A stretch of 64,000 nucleotides of DNA, taken from the NCBI GenBank assembly GCA_036677065.1, contig JAKFBS010000003.1:320001-384000 (forward strand), written 5' to 3'. A model generated the notes under the pieces. That model ran no database searches. It had not been told where the DNA came from and saw only the letters and a program-made list of their open reading frames with translations. Positions 8,484 through 16,976 of this stretch are shown here, piece by piece. The DNA comes from Bdellovibrio sp. GTDB taxonomy: Bacteria > Bdellovibrionota > Bdellovibrionia > Bdellovibrionales > Bdellovibrionaceae. Every line of letters starts with the position of its first letter. The stretch's first letter is position 1. Both the position numbers and the translations under genes were made by a program.

Positions 8484-10391
8484 TTATTTTGTGCGTCCTA
8501 AAATTAAATCCACATTTACTTCTTTGTTAGATTCAACTTTAACCGTAATTTCGTCTTTAAGTTGCGTGATCGGGTTGACCGCGCTCACTGTCACTTGCGA
8601 ATCCGCAGTTACAGCGTAACGTTTGATCGGAGGTTGTTCAGATAAACGCTGGTTGTTCACATAAATTACAGGCTTAGCACCACCATTTTGCACGTTGATG
8701 TTAATAAATCCGGCTTGTGGCATCTGCTGCAATGTCGTTGTTAGAATGCCTGTATCATTAAACGATTTAGTGATTTCGTATTGATAGTAGCTTTCTTTTT
8801 TTAAAGTAATTTTTGTATCTTTATTAGCCGTAACCGTCACGATAGCCGGAGTCGACCGGCCAGAATCTAAGCCATCAAGAAAAATACGCGCGCCGCTTGG
8901 CTGACTTGAAATTGAAACTTTAACAGCAGCAGTCGCTGAAAGGTCCACTTGGCCTTCTTCGATTTGCTGTTTTTTGGCCATCTTAGGTTTTGGATTTACG
9001 TATTTGTTATAACCATAAAATCCAGCAAGACCCATGGCCACGATAATAACTAATTTCATCACAATATCTGCCATTGATTCATTATTACTTGAAGCAGGGT
9101 AGTTGATGCGCGTGTTTTGAGTAATTCTTGTACCTTGGCCAACGTTAGTTTCGTTCGACATCGGTTTTGGCATTACGCCACGATTTGCATTATTCTTAAC
9201 ATTTTGCTGCTGTTGAGTCTTGGCATTTTTGATACCATCAAGATCAATCTTAAGCTGATTTTCTTGCCCTAAACCTTTTGGTTCAGTGGGATTTAACTTC
9301 ATCAGTGGCACTGGCGGAGGTGCGCCACCTGCAGATTTAGGTGACTCAGAGGCCGAGCCTGATTTTTCTTCAGACGGTTGTGCAAATGAAATTGGCGCAG
9401 CTTCTGGTGTATTCACTTCTACTTTTGAATAGACCATTAATTTTTCACGGCCTTCTTGAAAGGCATTTTTAAAACAATCTACAACTGTCTTACTAAAATC
9501 ATGCGGTGAAAAATCAGGGTACTGTGTATTTAAAAAACGATTTAAATCTTTTTGAAGAGCCGCAGCTGTTTGGTAGCGAACATTTTTATCTTTCGCTAAG
9601 GCTTTCGTTACGATTCTTTCTAATTCAGCAGGAACCAGTGGATTAATTTTTCTAATCGCCGGTGTTTGGCATTCGCGCACTTTACGTAAAATTGCATTTT
9701 CGTTAGAGCCCGTGAATAAACGGTCATTGGCTAATAGCTCCCACAAGATGATACCTAAAGCGAACACGTCTGTACGTGGATCAACTTCTTCGGCTTCAGC
9801 TTGTTCCGGAGACATGTAAGCAAATTTTCCTTTTAAGGTTCCGGCTTTAGTCTCTTCGCCATTGGCTTCACTTTTTTTAGCGATACCAAAATCGATAACT
9901 TTGGCTTCACCATCAAAAGACACCATAATATTTTGTGGAGACATATCACGGTGAGTGATATTTAAAGGGCGGCCGGTGTGTTGATCGACGCAACGATGCG
10001 CGTGATCAAGGCCAGAAGCTGCTTCTTTAACAATATAAACCGCTTCTTCAATTTTAATTGAGCGGTTGAATTTTTTTAATTCATTAATGATCTGACGCAG
10101 ATTTCTGCCTTCAACGTATTCCATTACGATAAAAAATTGGCCTTTTTCAGTACCAAATTCGTAAATAGAAACCACATTCGAGTGAGTTAAATTTACCGAA
10201 ACTTTCGCTTCTTCGTGAAACATATCGATAAATTCTTGATTCGATGAAAATTGCGGTAAGATACGTTTGATGGCGACAAACTTATTAACGCCGCCTGTAC
10301 CAACAGACTTCGCAAGATACACTTCGGCCATACCGCCTGCGGCTAACTTTTCTAAAAGTATGTATTTACCAAATTTTTCAAAGTTCGACAT
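8484..10391 (-). CDS. Hanks-type Ser/Thr protein kinase with TM helix and extracytoplasmic PEGA domain
   Basis: LAAGGMAEVY, VAIKR, HRDMSPQN, DFGIAK and GKFAYMSPEQ; TM helix near residue 445-462; PEGA-like VSISSQPSGARIFLDG…GRSTP. Confidence 0.93.
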   Translation of the reverse strand: MSNFEKFGKYILLEKLAAGGMAEVYLAKSVGTGGVNKFVAIKRILPQFSSNQEFIDMFHEEAKVSVNLTHSNVVSIYEFGTEKGQFFIVMEYVEGRNLRQIINELKKFNRSIKIEEAVYIVKEAASGLDHAHRCVDQHTGRPLNITHRDMSPQNIMVSFDGEAKVIDFGIAKKSEANGEETKAGTLKGKFAYMSPEQAEAEEVDPRTDVFALGIILWELLANDRLFTGSNENAILRKVRECQTPAIRKINPLVPAELERIVTKALAKDKNVRYQTAAALQKDLNRFLNTQYPDFSPHDFSKTVVDCFKNAFQEGREKLMVYSKVEVNTPEAAPISFAQPSEEKSGSASESPKSAGGAPPPVPLMKLNPTEPKGLGQENQLKIDLDGIKNAKTQQQQNVKNNANRGVMPKPMSNETNVGQGTRITQNTRINYPASSNNESMADIVMKLVIIVAMGLAGFYGYNKYVNPKPKMAKKQQIEEGQVDLSATAAVKVSISSQPSGARIFLDGLDSGRSTPAIVTVTANKDTKITLKKESYYQYEITKSFNDTGILTTTLQQMPQAGFININVQNGGAKPVIYVNNQRLSEQPPIKRYAVTADSQVTVSAVNPITQLKDEITVKVESNKEVNVDLILGRTK

Positions 10392-10399
10392 CTATGCCA

Positions 10400-10427
10400 T
10401 CATCGGTAATCTGTACTCTTATCTTTA
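10400..10427 (-). promoter_or_regulatory. Putative sigma28 (FliA) promoter for the kinase gene
   Basis: Minus strand TAAA-N16-ACCGATGA ending 8 nt before the ATG; the spacer is one base longer than the E. coli consensus. Confidence 0.5.
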
Positions 10428-10479
10428 CAAAAAGATGTTTCAAATCCATGATATAGACATAGGTATAGGATGACTCAGT

Positions 10480-11076
10480 ATGAAATGGATAGGCTTAACC
10501 GGTGGTATCGCCACCGGCAAATCTACAGTCAAAAATAGTTTAGTCGCGTTAAACATTCCTGTGATTGACGCGGATCTGATTTCGCACGAACTCACTCAGG
10601 TGGGTGGTCTAGGCTACCAAGGTATTCTGTCTCATTTCGGGAATGATCTTTTAAACTCTGACCAAAGTCTTGATCGCCAAAAATTGGGCGACATCGTTTT
10701 TAATAACCCAGAAAAACTTTTGCAGTTAGAACAAATCTTACATCCTTTGATTCAAGCTGAAGTGCAAAAACATAAAGCCGGTTATAAAGCTAAAGGTGAA
10801 GCGCTGTGTTTTTATGATGTGCCGTTATTGTTTGAAAAAAAACTTGAAGGCCAATTTGATCAGATTGTTTTAGTGTACGCACCGATAACAACCCAGGTTG
10901 AGCGCATCATGCTTAGAAATAATCTGACTCACACCCAGGCTTTAGCCCGTATTCACGCGCAATTGCCAATGTCAGAAAAAATTCACCGATCACATCATTG
11001 TTTAGATAATTCGACCACCAATGCAGACCTAAGTTTACAAGTTTTTAACTTAGTAAAGGTTCTGGCCCAAAGCTGA
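10480..11076 (+). CDS. coaE: Dephospho-CoA kinase
   Basis: IGLTGGIATGKST, VIDADLI, LHPLI and DVPLLFE motifs. Confidence 0.95.
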   Translation: MKWIGLTGGIATGKSTVKNSLVALNIPVIDADLISHELTQVGGLGYQGILSHFGNDLLNSDQSLDRQKLGDIVFNNPEKLLQLEQILHPLIQAEVQKHKAGYKAKGEALCFYDVPLLFEKKLEGQFDQIVLVYAPITTQVERIMLRNNLTHTQALARIHAQLPMSEKIHRSHHCLDNSTTNADLSLQVFNLVKVLAQS

Positions 11077-11131
11077 CTCAAAACCCGACTTAGGTGTGAC
11101 CTTTTCACCAGTCAAAGTGTCTCAATTTAAT

Positions 11132-11158
11132 TCAAGTTCTGCCATATTGTACCGATAG
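11132..11158 (+). promoter_or_regulatory. Putative sigma28 (FliA) promoter
   Basis: TCAA-N15-ACCGATAG matches the TAAA-N15-GCCGATAA consensus spacing, 43 nt upstream of the 11202 ATG (AAGGA SD). Confidence 0.7.
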
Positions 11159-11201
11159 TTAAGTAGACGGTGAGATAATCATTAAGAAGGAACTTAATAT
11201 T

Positions 11202-12293
11202 ATGGGTGCAAGAAGTACCAAAATTTTATCAGTATTTGTGATGGCTATGATTATGCCATTCTCGGTTTTTGCATCCAATGAATGGGTTGAAGGTTATACA
11301 AACACCAGAGCCTTAGGCATGGGTGGTGCACTGATCGGCGTAACCAGTGATGAAACTTCTTTATATAGAAATCCTGCAAACCTTGGAAGTATCCGCGGCT
11401 ATTTTGGTACCATCATTGATCCTGAATTAGAAGGCCAAGGCACATTCACAGATATCGTGCGCATGGGAAGTTTTACGAAAGCCATAGAGGTCGAACATAT
11501 GGCTGAACAGTTAGCTCTGAATCCCGGCGAATTTTATCACGCCAAAGCGCAATTCACGCCAAGCTTTACCACCAAGAATTTCGGCTTCGGTTTATTATAT
11601 CGTAATGAATTAAATGCAGTTGTAAGTACTACGGCAACAACTTCAATGGATACATTTTATCAAAATGATTTAGGAGCTGTATTTGCTGTGAACCATTCAC
11701 TATTCGGCGGGGTTATTAAAATAGGCGCCAGTGCAAAAGCCTTAAACCGTATTGAAATTGTCAGTGGTACACTATCAACAAATGGACCATTTGATTTAGG
11801 TACGATTGCAGCTGAAGGTTCAGCAGTTGCTTATGATGCGGCTGTGATGGTGCAATTACCTTTTGATTGGGTGCCGACCTTATCAGTTGTAGCCCATGAT
11901 ATTGGTAATACCGCATTTACTTTACGTGATGGCGTGCGTGCCACAACGACGTCACAACCAGCAACAGTCAAACAATCTGTAGATGCCGCAATTTCAATTT
12001 TTCCGATTCATGGAAACAAAATTCGCAGCGTCTGGACAGTTGAATACCGTGATGCCACAAACTCACGTGATGAAGAAGGTTCAGCAAAACGTCTGCACAT
12101 CGGCGCCGAAGTTAACTTTAAAGATTTATTTTTCTTACGAGCAGGCATGAACCAAAACTATTACACTGGTGGAATCGAGATTTCATCTGAGCGTTTTGCT
12201 TGGCAAATTTCAAGCTACGGTGAAGAAATTGGTACCGCCGAAAATCCAGTCGAAGACCGCAGGTACGCAACCCGCATCTTAATAAGGTTTTAA
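11202..12293 (+). CDS. Outer-membrane beta-barrel protein (TraF/PorV/FadL-like N-terminal motif)
   Basis: Signal peptide, NTRALGMGGA…SLYRNPANL motif, alternating beta-strands, LHIGAE…LRAGMNQNY, and C-terminal Phe (…ILIRF). Confidence 0.75.
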   Translation: MGARSTKILSVFVMAMIMPFSVFASNEWVEGYTNTRALGMGGALIGVTSDETSLYRNPANLGSIRGYFGTIIDPELEGQGTFTDIVRMGSFTKAIEVEHMAEQLALNPGEFYHAKAQFTPSFTTKNFGFGLLYRNELNAVVSTTATTSMDTFYQNDLGAVFAVNHSLFGGVIKIGASAKALNRIEIVSGTLSTNGPFDLGTIAAEGSAVAYDAAVMVQLPFDWVPTLSVVAHDIGNTAFTLRDGVRATTTSQPATVKQSVDAAISIFPIHGNKIRSVWTVEYRDATNSRDEEGSAKRLHIGAEVNFKDLFFLRAGMNQNYYTGGIEISSERFAWQISSYGEEIGTAENPVEDRRYATRILIRF

Positions 12294-12294
12294 T

Positions 12295-13131
12295 ATGAAA
12301 AATATTTTAAATATAATTATTCTCAGTATTTTTATTAGTTCGTGTGGCCCGAATGCACTGACTGGTTTAGGTTCGCAAACTTCGGATGAATATTATTTCG
12401 AAGAAGCGACCAAGGCGAATAATAATCAAGACTTCGACTATGCGATTGATGTTTTATTAAATAAATTATCGGCAACAGGACAAGCTTCAGTTGTGGGAAA
12501 AGAATTATTAGCTAGCGCGTATGCAGGTAAATGTGGCTTTAATTTTGTGAATTATGTGACTGCTTTAGCTGCCAGTTCCAGCACTGCAGTTTTTAAAACA
12601 ATGATGCAACCCTTTGTTCAGGTCGTAACCGCGCCGGAGTATTGTTTATTATCGCTGCAAACAATAGATACTTTGGGTGCGCCCGGTGTTCGTACCACAA
12701 ATCAAAATACTTTTAGCGCAATTACTGGTTTAGTTTTAATGGGAGCATCTATGCGCGCTTATGCTGATAAAGATGGTACCGGTGGTAATGGCAATGGGGA
12801 AATGGATACCACTGTGTCACATTTAATTTGCAAAGACACCCATGTTACTGATGATCAAATGAATGATATCATTGTTGGCTACGGGTATTTTGTTACAAAC
12901 TTAGCTTATGTGTCGGCATCTATGTTGGGAACCTCATCTTTTGATAGCTTAAACGATTCTGTAGACGCGTGTAATAGTCTTCCAGGTGCAGATTGTACCG
13001 TGACCGTTAAAGCTAATGTGTCAGCAGATACTCGCACTATAATTCGCCTGCTCCTAAATACTGCGACCTATGGTATTGGAAGTAGACCTGGAACTACCCC
13101 AGCTGAAATTGCAGCGGCTTGTGCCCCGTAA
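12295..13131 (+). CDS. Hypothetical helical lipoprotein
   Basis: Lipobox FISS-C, TPR-like start (YYFEEATKANNNQDFDYAI…LASAYAGKCG), several paired Cys; starts 1 nt after the upstream stop. Confidence 0.75.
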   Translation: MKNILNIIILSIFISSCGPNALTGLGSQTSDEYYFEEATKANNNQDFDYAIDVLLNKLSATGQASVVGKELLASAYAGKCGFNFVNYVTALAASSSTAVFKTMMQPFVQVVTAPEYCLLSLQTIDTLGAPGVRTTNQNTFSAITGLVLMGASMRAYADKDGTGGNGNGEMDTTVSHLICKDTHVTDDQMNDIIVGYGYFVTNLAYVSASMLGTSSFDSLNDSVDACNSLPGADCTVTVKANVSADTRTIIRLLLNTATYGIGSRPGTTPAEIAAACAP

Positions 13132-13140
13132 GGAGATTAA

Positions 13141-14250
13141 ATGAAGCAATTACTTTTGCTCTTAATTATATTTTTTAGTTTGCCAGGTTTAGCCATTGAG
13201 CTTTATCAAATGGGGCAATCAACTCGTTCACTAGGAATGGGCGGAACCGGAATCGCTTTTGCGCGCGGAACCGAAGCACTTTTTAATAATCCCGCAGCCT
13301 TAGCAAAGGTGAACGGATTTAGTTTAAATCTTATAACTTTTGGCCCTGGAGTTTCTACGAACGCCGTTGATCTTGCAGATAGTATGTCTGGCTCAGAAGA
13401 ATTTGACGAGTCTGATGTAAATGAACTTTATGGAAAACAAATCTTTTCTGATGTGACTGGGTACACGGGCTTAGTTATTCCGTATGTCGGTGTTGGTGGT
13501 TATTCAAATAACACGATTTTGATGTCATTTAATAATCCATCTTTTCCAACCTTTAATGTGGATTTCACCAGTGACTATGCTTATATTGTAGGTGGAGCGA
13601 TTCCAATCACGGATAATTTCTCATTAGGCATCGCAGGTCGCCACGTTAAACGCTGGCAGGGTAATGCAGATATTTTAGTAAGTAGTTTAATTGGTTCTGA
13701 TGCGATGGAAGTGATCGAAGCCAATTTAACAAATAAAGGTAAAGGTAATGCGTTAGATTTATCAGCACTTTACACTTTTAAAGGTTCATCATGGAATGTT
13801 GATGTCGCCACTGTGTGGAAAGACGTGGGGGATACTAAGTTTACTCCCACTGAAAGCGTGGGACCAGATCGCCAAGAAAACAATTTAATGTTCGGTGTAG
13901 CAGCTGAAAAAGAAATTGGTTTTATCTCTTGGACAAATGCTTTTGAGTATAAATTTATTCGCAATACCGGTGATATCACTAAAAAATTGCATTTAGGAAC
14001 TGAATTGTCTTTTGCTTTAATTGATGTTCGTGCCGGTTACAACCAAGGTTACTTAAGTTATGGTTTAGGTGTGAATTTGTGGTTTTTGCAGCTTGATGTA
14101 GCAAAATATACGGGTGAACTTGGTGCTTCGGCGGGTCAAACCCCAAGTGAGCGCTATCAAGCGAGCTTAAGTTTAAGTTTAGATTTCGATTCGGCCTTCA
14201 AGTTAACAAATACCGACGGAAAAAAAAGGCGACTTCAACAGCGAAGATAG
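13141..14250 (+). CDS. Second outer-membrane beta-barrel protein, paralog of 11202
   Basis: AGGAG SD, signal peptide, STRSLGMGGT…ALFNNPAAL and LHLGTE…VRAGYNQGY; basic C-terminal extension. Confidence 0.75.
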   Translation: MKQLLLLLIIFFSLPGLAIELYQMGQSTRSLGMGGTGIAFARGTEALFNNPAALAKVNGFSLNLITFGPGVSTNAVDLADSMSGSEEFDESDVNELYGKQIFSDVTGYTGLVIPYVGVGGYSNNTILMSFNNPSFPTFNVDFTSDYAYIVGGAIPITDNFSLGIAGRHVKRWQGNADILVSSLIGSDAMEVIEANLTNKGKGNALDLSALYTFKGSSWNVDVATVWKDVGDTKFTPTESVGPDRQENNLMFGVAAEKEIGFISWTNAFEYKFIRNTGDITKKLHLGTELSFALIDVRAGYNQGYLSYGLGVNLWFLQLDVAKYTGELGASAGQTPSERYQASLSLSLDFDSAFKLTNTDGKKRRLQQRR

Positions 14251-14267
14251 TATAAACTATCGGGAGC

Positions 14268-16976
14268 ATGTTAGAATTCACTTTAGTTAAACATCCAGAT
14301 GATATTCGCGTAAAACTGAGTGAATTCAATCCACAAACCACCACCTGGGTGGTTTCAGATTTAAAATCAAAACAAGAAATTCAACAACAGTGTATTGATA
14401 AGTACGGCTTCTATTCAGATGAAGCCATCTTGCGCGTTTCTGATTTTTGGAAAATGTGGATGCGCAGGCTTTCACCCAGTACGCAAATCGTGTCTTCTGA
14501 GTTCATTCGCATTCTTATTAGCCAGTTTATCGAGCTGCACGGCGAAGACGACAACATTCAATCGCACGAAGCTAAAACGCTTTATAAATATGTCAGTGAC
14601 CTTGCGCCTCTGTTATTGCACCCGCATTCACATGAAGTGTTAGCAGACTGGATCGAAGAAAAAGAAATTAAGCCACAATGGAGCAAATGGATTGCTTTAG
14701 CACAGAAGTGTTTAGACTATATCGCGCAAGAACATAACTGTATCGAATCAGCCTGGATTGTTAGTTATTTGCAAAAACTGGGTTTAGAAAAAATTGTTTG
14801 GCCTAAGAAATTGGTTTTTGATTTAGGTTCGCAAATGACTTCTTTAGAGATGGGCATTTTAAATACTTTATCTCGCGATAATCATATTGAAGTTGTTGTG
14901 CCTGATCCTGAGTGGAAAAACAAATTTCATTATATTTTAAATACCTACAAAGATTACAGCGGCTTCGCCACGGCGACTGCGGGTGAAACAGCTGATGCCA
15001 CTAAAAAATTAGTGCCGCAAAATTTTATCCGTTTTAATTCTGAAATTAACGAAATTAAATATATCACGACAAAAATTCGCCAATGGATCACTGAGGGCGT
15101 AGCGCCCGAGAATATCTTGGTGTTATCTCCGCGAATTGAAGATTATTGGCCGATTCTAAAATTTCATTTAGAAGCAGAAGGCATTCACACGCAAAAAGAT
15201 CTGGTCAGCTCACTGATCAGTCTTGGAGTAATTCAGCGCTGGTTATCAACGATTCACGCACAAACTAGAAATGTGACGTGGTCAAAGCTTGAAATGTCTT
15301 ACGCAAGTTATATTGAGCAATCGAACTTGCAACAGTTTGAAAAGTTTAAGGCAGCCTTTGTAGAATTATTAGATGATGCTGATCTGGCCAGATTAGGTTC
15401 AGCTAAAGACCTATTTTATCAAAAGATTAATCTTGATGAAAAGTTAAAGCGCGATCAGTTCCTCGTTGCCATGTTGCATTCGTGGATCACAGTTGATCAA
15501 AGTTTAGAACATAAAAAACTTTTACAGGGCATTATTAAAGATTTTATCCAGCAGACAGTAGACGTGCGACTAAAACTATCTGATTGGTTAACACTTTTAA
15601 GCTCGCGCTTAGCTAAAAAAGAAATCAAAGTTGAGCAGACGACAAAATCCGGTGTTCAGATTCTTCCGATCAATTCGGCGCAAGTGTTAGAAGCTACGCA
15701 CCGCTTATGGGTAGGACTTGATGAGTCGGGCTTAAAGGGTAAACAAACTTCGTTAATTCCTTTAGCTGATATTGAAGAACTTAAAAAGACTTTTGATCTG
15801 GCCCTAGATTACCCCGAAGAATCACACGCCGATTTTAACTTGCGCTGGTACGCAATGGCTCAGTGTAAAGAGCAGCATTTTACCTGCGCGCATGTGTCGA
15901 CAACGGGTGAGCCGTTAACCACATCGTTATTCTTTTTAGAAAATAATAAAAAGCCTGAAGCTATAAATTACCCAGCTACTTTGGTGGATATTAAGCAGCA
16001 GCAATTCAGTCCTGATAAACATCCGGAATTAAAAAGAAAATTAAATTTAGAAATAAAGGCTGAAGATTTAGCAATCACCCACCTTAAATTTAAATCTTTA
16101 GCACCCACTGATTTAGAGTCTTACGATCAATGTTCATTTAAATTTTTAGCACGCAAGGGTTTTCGCCTACAGCAGTTTGACCAGCTGGGTTTAGAAATTG
16201 ATCCGCGCCAAAAGGGCACGCTGATTCACGATCTCTTTAAATTCATTGTGCAGGATAAGAACTATTTAACAATTAGCGAAAAAGAATTATCAGAACATTT
16301 AGAAAAAGAACGCACGACAAGAAATTTATTTCCGTTTCTAGATGTCTTCTGGGGGCCGCATAAAGAAAAATTAGTTGCGACCGGGTTAAAGTTTACTGCC
16401 GTTGAAAAAGCTCGTCTAAGCGCATTCACATCTCTTCGTCATAAAACTGAAGAGGTTGTGCAAGTTTATTACGATCTCGTGAAATTCGAATTTACCCAAA
16501 CTCAACCTGCTGGCGAACACTTTATGATTCGGGGTCGTCTTGATCGTTTGGATATTGATGAAATGACCCAGCAGGGGATGGTGATCGATTATAAATCCAG
16601 TAAATCAAGCGACACCAGCTTTGCTGAAAAATGGGTAGATAACTCAGAGTTTCAACTATTATTGTATTCTTTAGCGGTTGAACAGATGTTTGGTGTTAAA
16701 AACGTCGGTGCCATTTATTATTTTTATAAAACTTTAGAACAGCAGTACGGCTATTTGTTAGCTAACGACAATGTTTTTAAAGATCACGTTGAATACACTA
16801 AAAAAACTTTAATTGAACCAGAAACTCAAACTGCAATATATTCGTCATTTCACGATAAGATGAAAGGCCTCTTTACCAATATTGAAAAGAACAGCTACGC
16901 GGTTAAGCCGCGTGATCGTAAAGTTTGCGAAAAATGCGAATGGGAAGACACATGTCGAGTCAAAAACCTGAAATAG
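14268..16976 (+). CDS. addB: ATP-dependent helicase/nuclease subunit B (AddB-like, PD-(D/E)XK)
   Basis: C-terminal nuclease with YDQCSFKF, GTLIH, RGRLDRLD, VIDYKS and QLLLY; CEKCEWEDTC supplies the remaining Fe-S cysteines. Adjacent to an addA-like gene. Confidence 0.85.
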   Translation: MLEFTLVKHPDDIRVKLSEFNPQTTTWVVSDLKSKQEIQQQCIDKYGFYSDEAILRVSDFWKMWMRRLSPSTQIVSSEFIRILISQFIELHGEDDNIQSHEAKTLYKYVSDLAPLLLHPHSHEVLADWIEEKEIKPQWSKWIALAQKCLDYIAQEHNCIESAWIVSYLQKLGLEKIVWPKKLVFDLGSQMTSLEMGILNTLSRDNHIEVVVPDPEWKNKFHYILNTYKDYSGFATATAGETADATKKLVPQNFIRFNSEINEIKYITTKIRQWITEGVAPENILVLSPRIEDYWPILKFHLEAEGIHTQKDLVSSLISLGVIQRWLSTIHAQTRNVTWSKLEMSYASYIEQSNLQQFEKFKAAFVELLDDADLARLGSAKDLFYQKINLDEKLKRDQFLVAMLHSWITVDQSLEHKKLLQGIIKDFIQQTVDVRLKLSDWLTLLSSRLAKKEIKVEQTTKSGVQILPINSAQVLEATHRLWVGLDESGLKGKQTSLIPLADIEELKKTFDLALDYPEESHADFNLRWYAMAQCKEQHFTCAHVSTTGEPLTTSLFFLENNKKPEAINYPATLVDIKQQQFSPDKHPELKRKLNLEIKAEDLAITHLKFKSLAPTDLESYDQCSFKFLARKGFRLQQFDQLGLEIDPRQKGTLIHDLFKFIVQDKNYLTISEKELSEHLEKERTTRNLFPFLDVFWGPHKEKLVATGLKFTAVEKARLSAFTSLRHKTEEVVQVYYDLVKFEFTQTQPAGEHFMIRGRLDRLDIDEMTQQGMVIDYKSSKSSDTSFAEKWVDNSEFQLLLYSLAVEQMFGVKNVGAIYYFYKTLEQQYGYLLANDNVFKDHVEYTKKTLIEPETQTAIYSSFHDKMKGLFTNIEKNSYAVKPRDRKVCEKCEWEDTCRVKNLK

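Noticed and set aside
11202..14250. Conjugative element or T9SS interpretation of the TraF/PorV-like barrels
   Set aside because: No relaxase, T4SS, integrase or T9SS genes are nearby, and the flanks are housekeeping genes (coaE, addAB).
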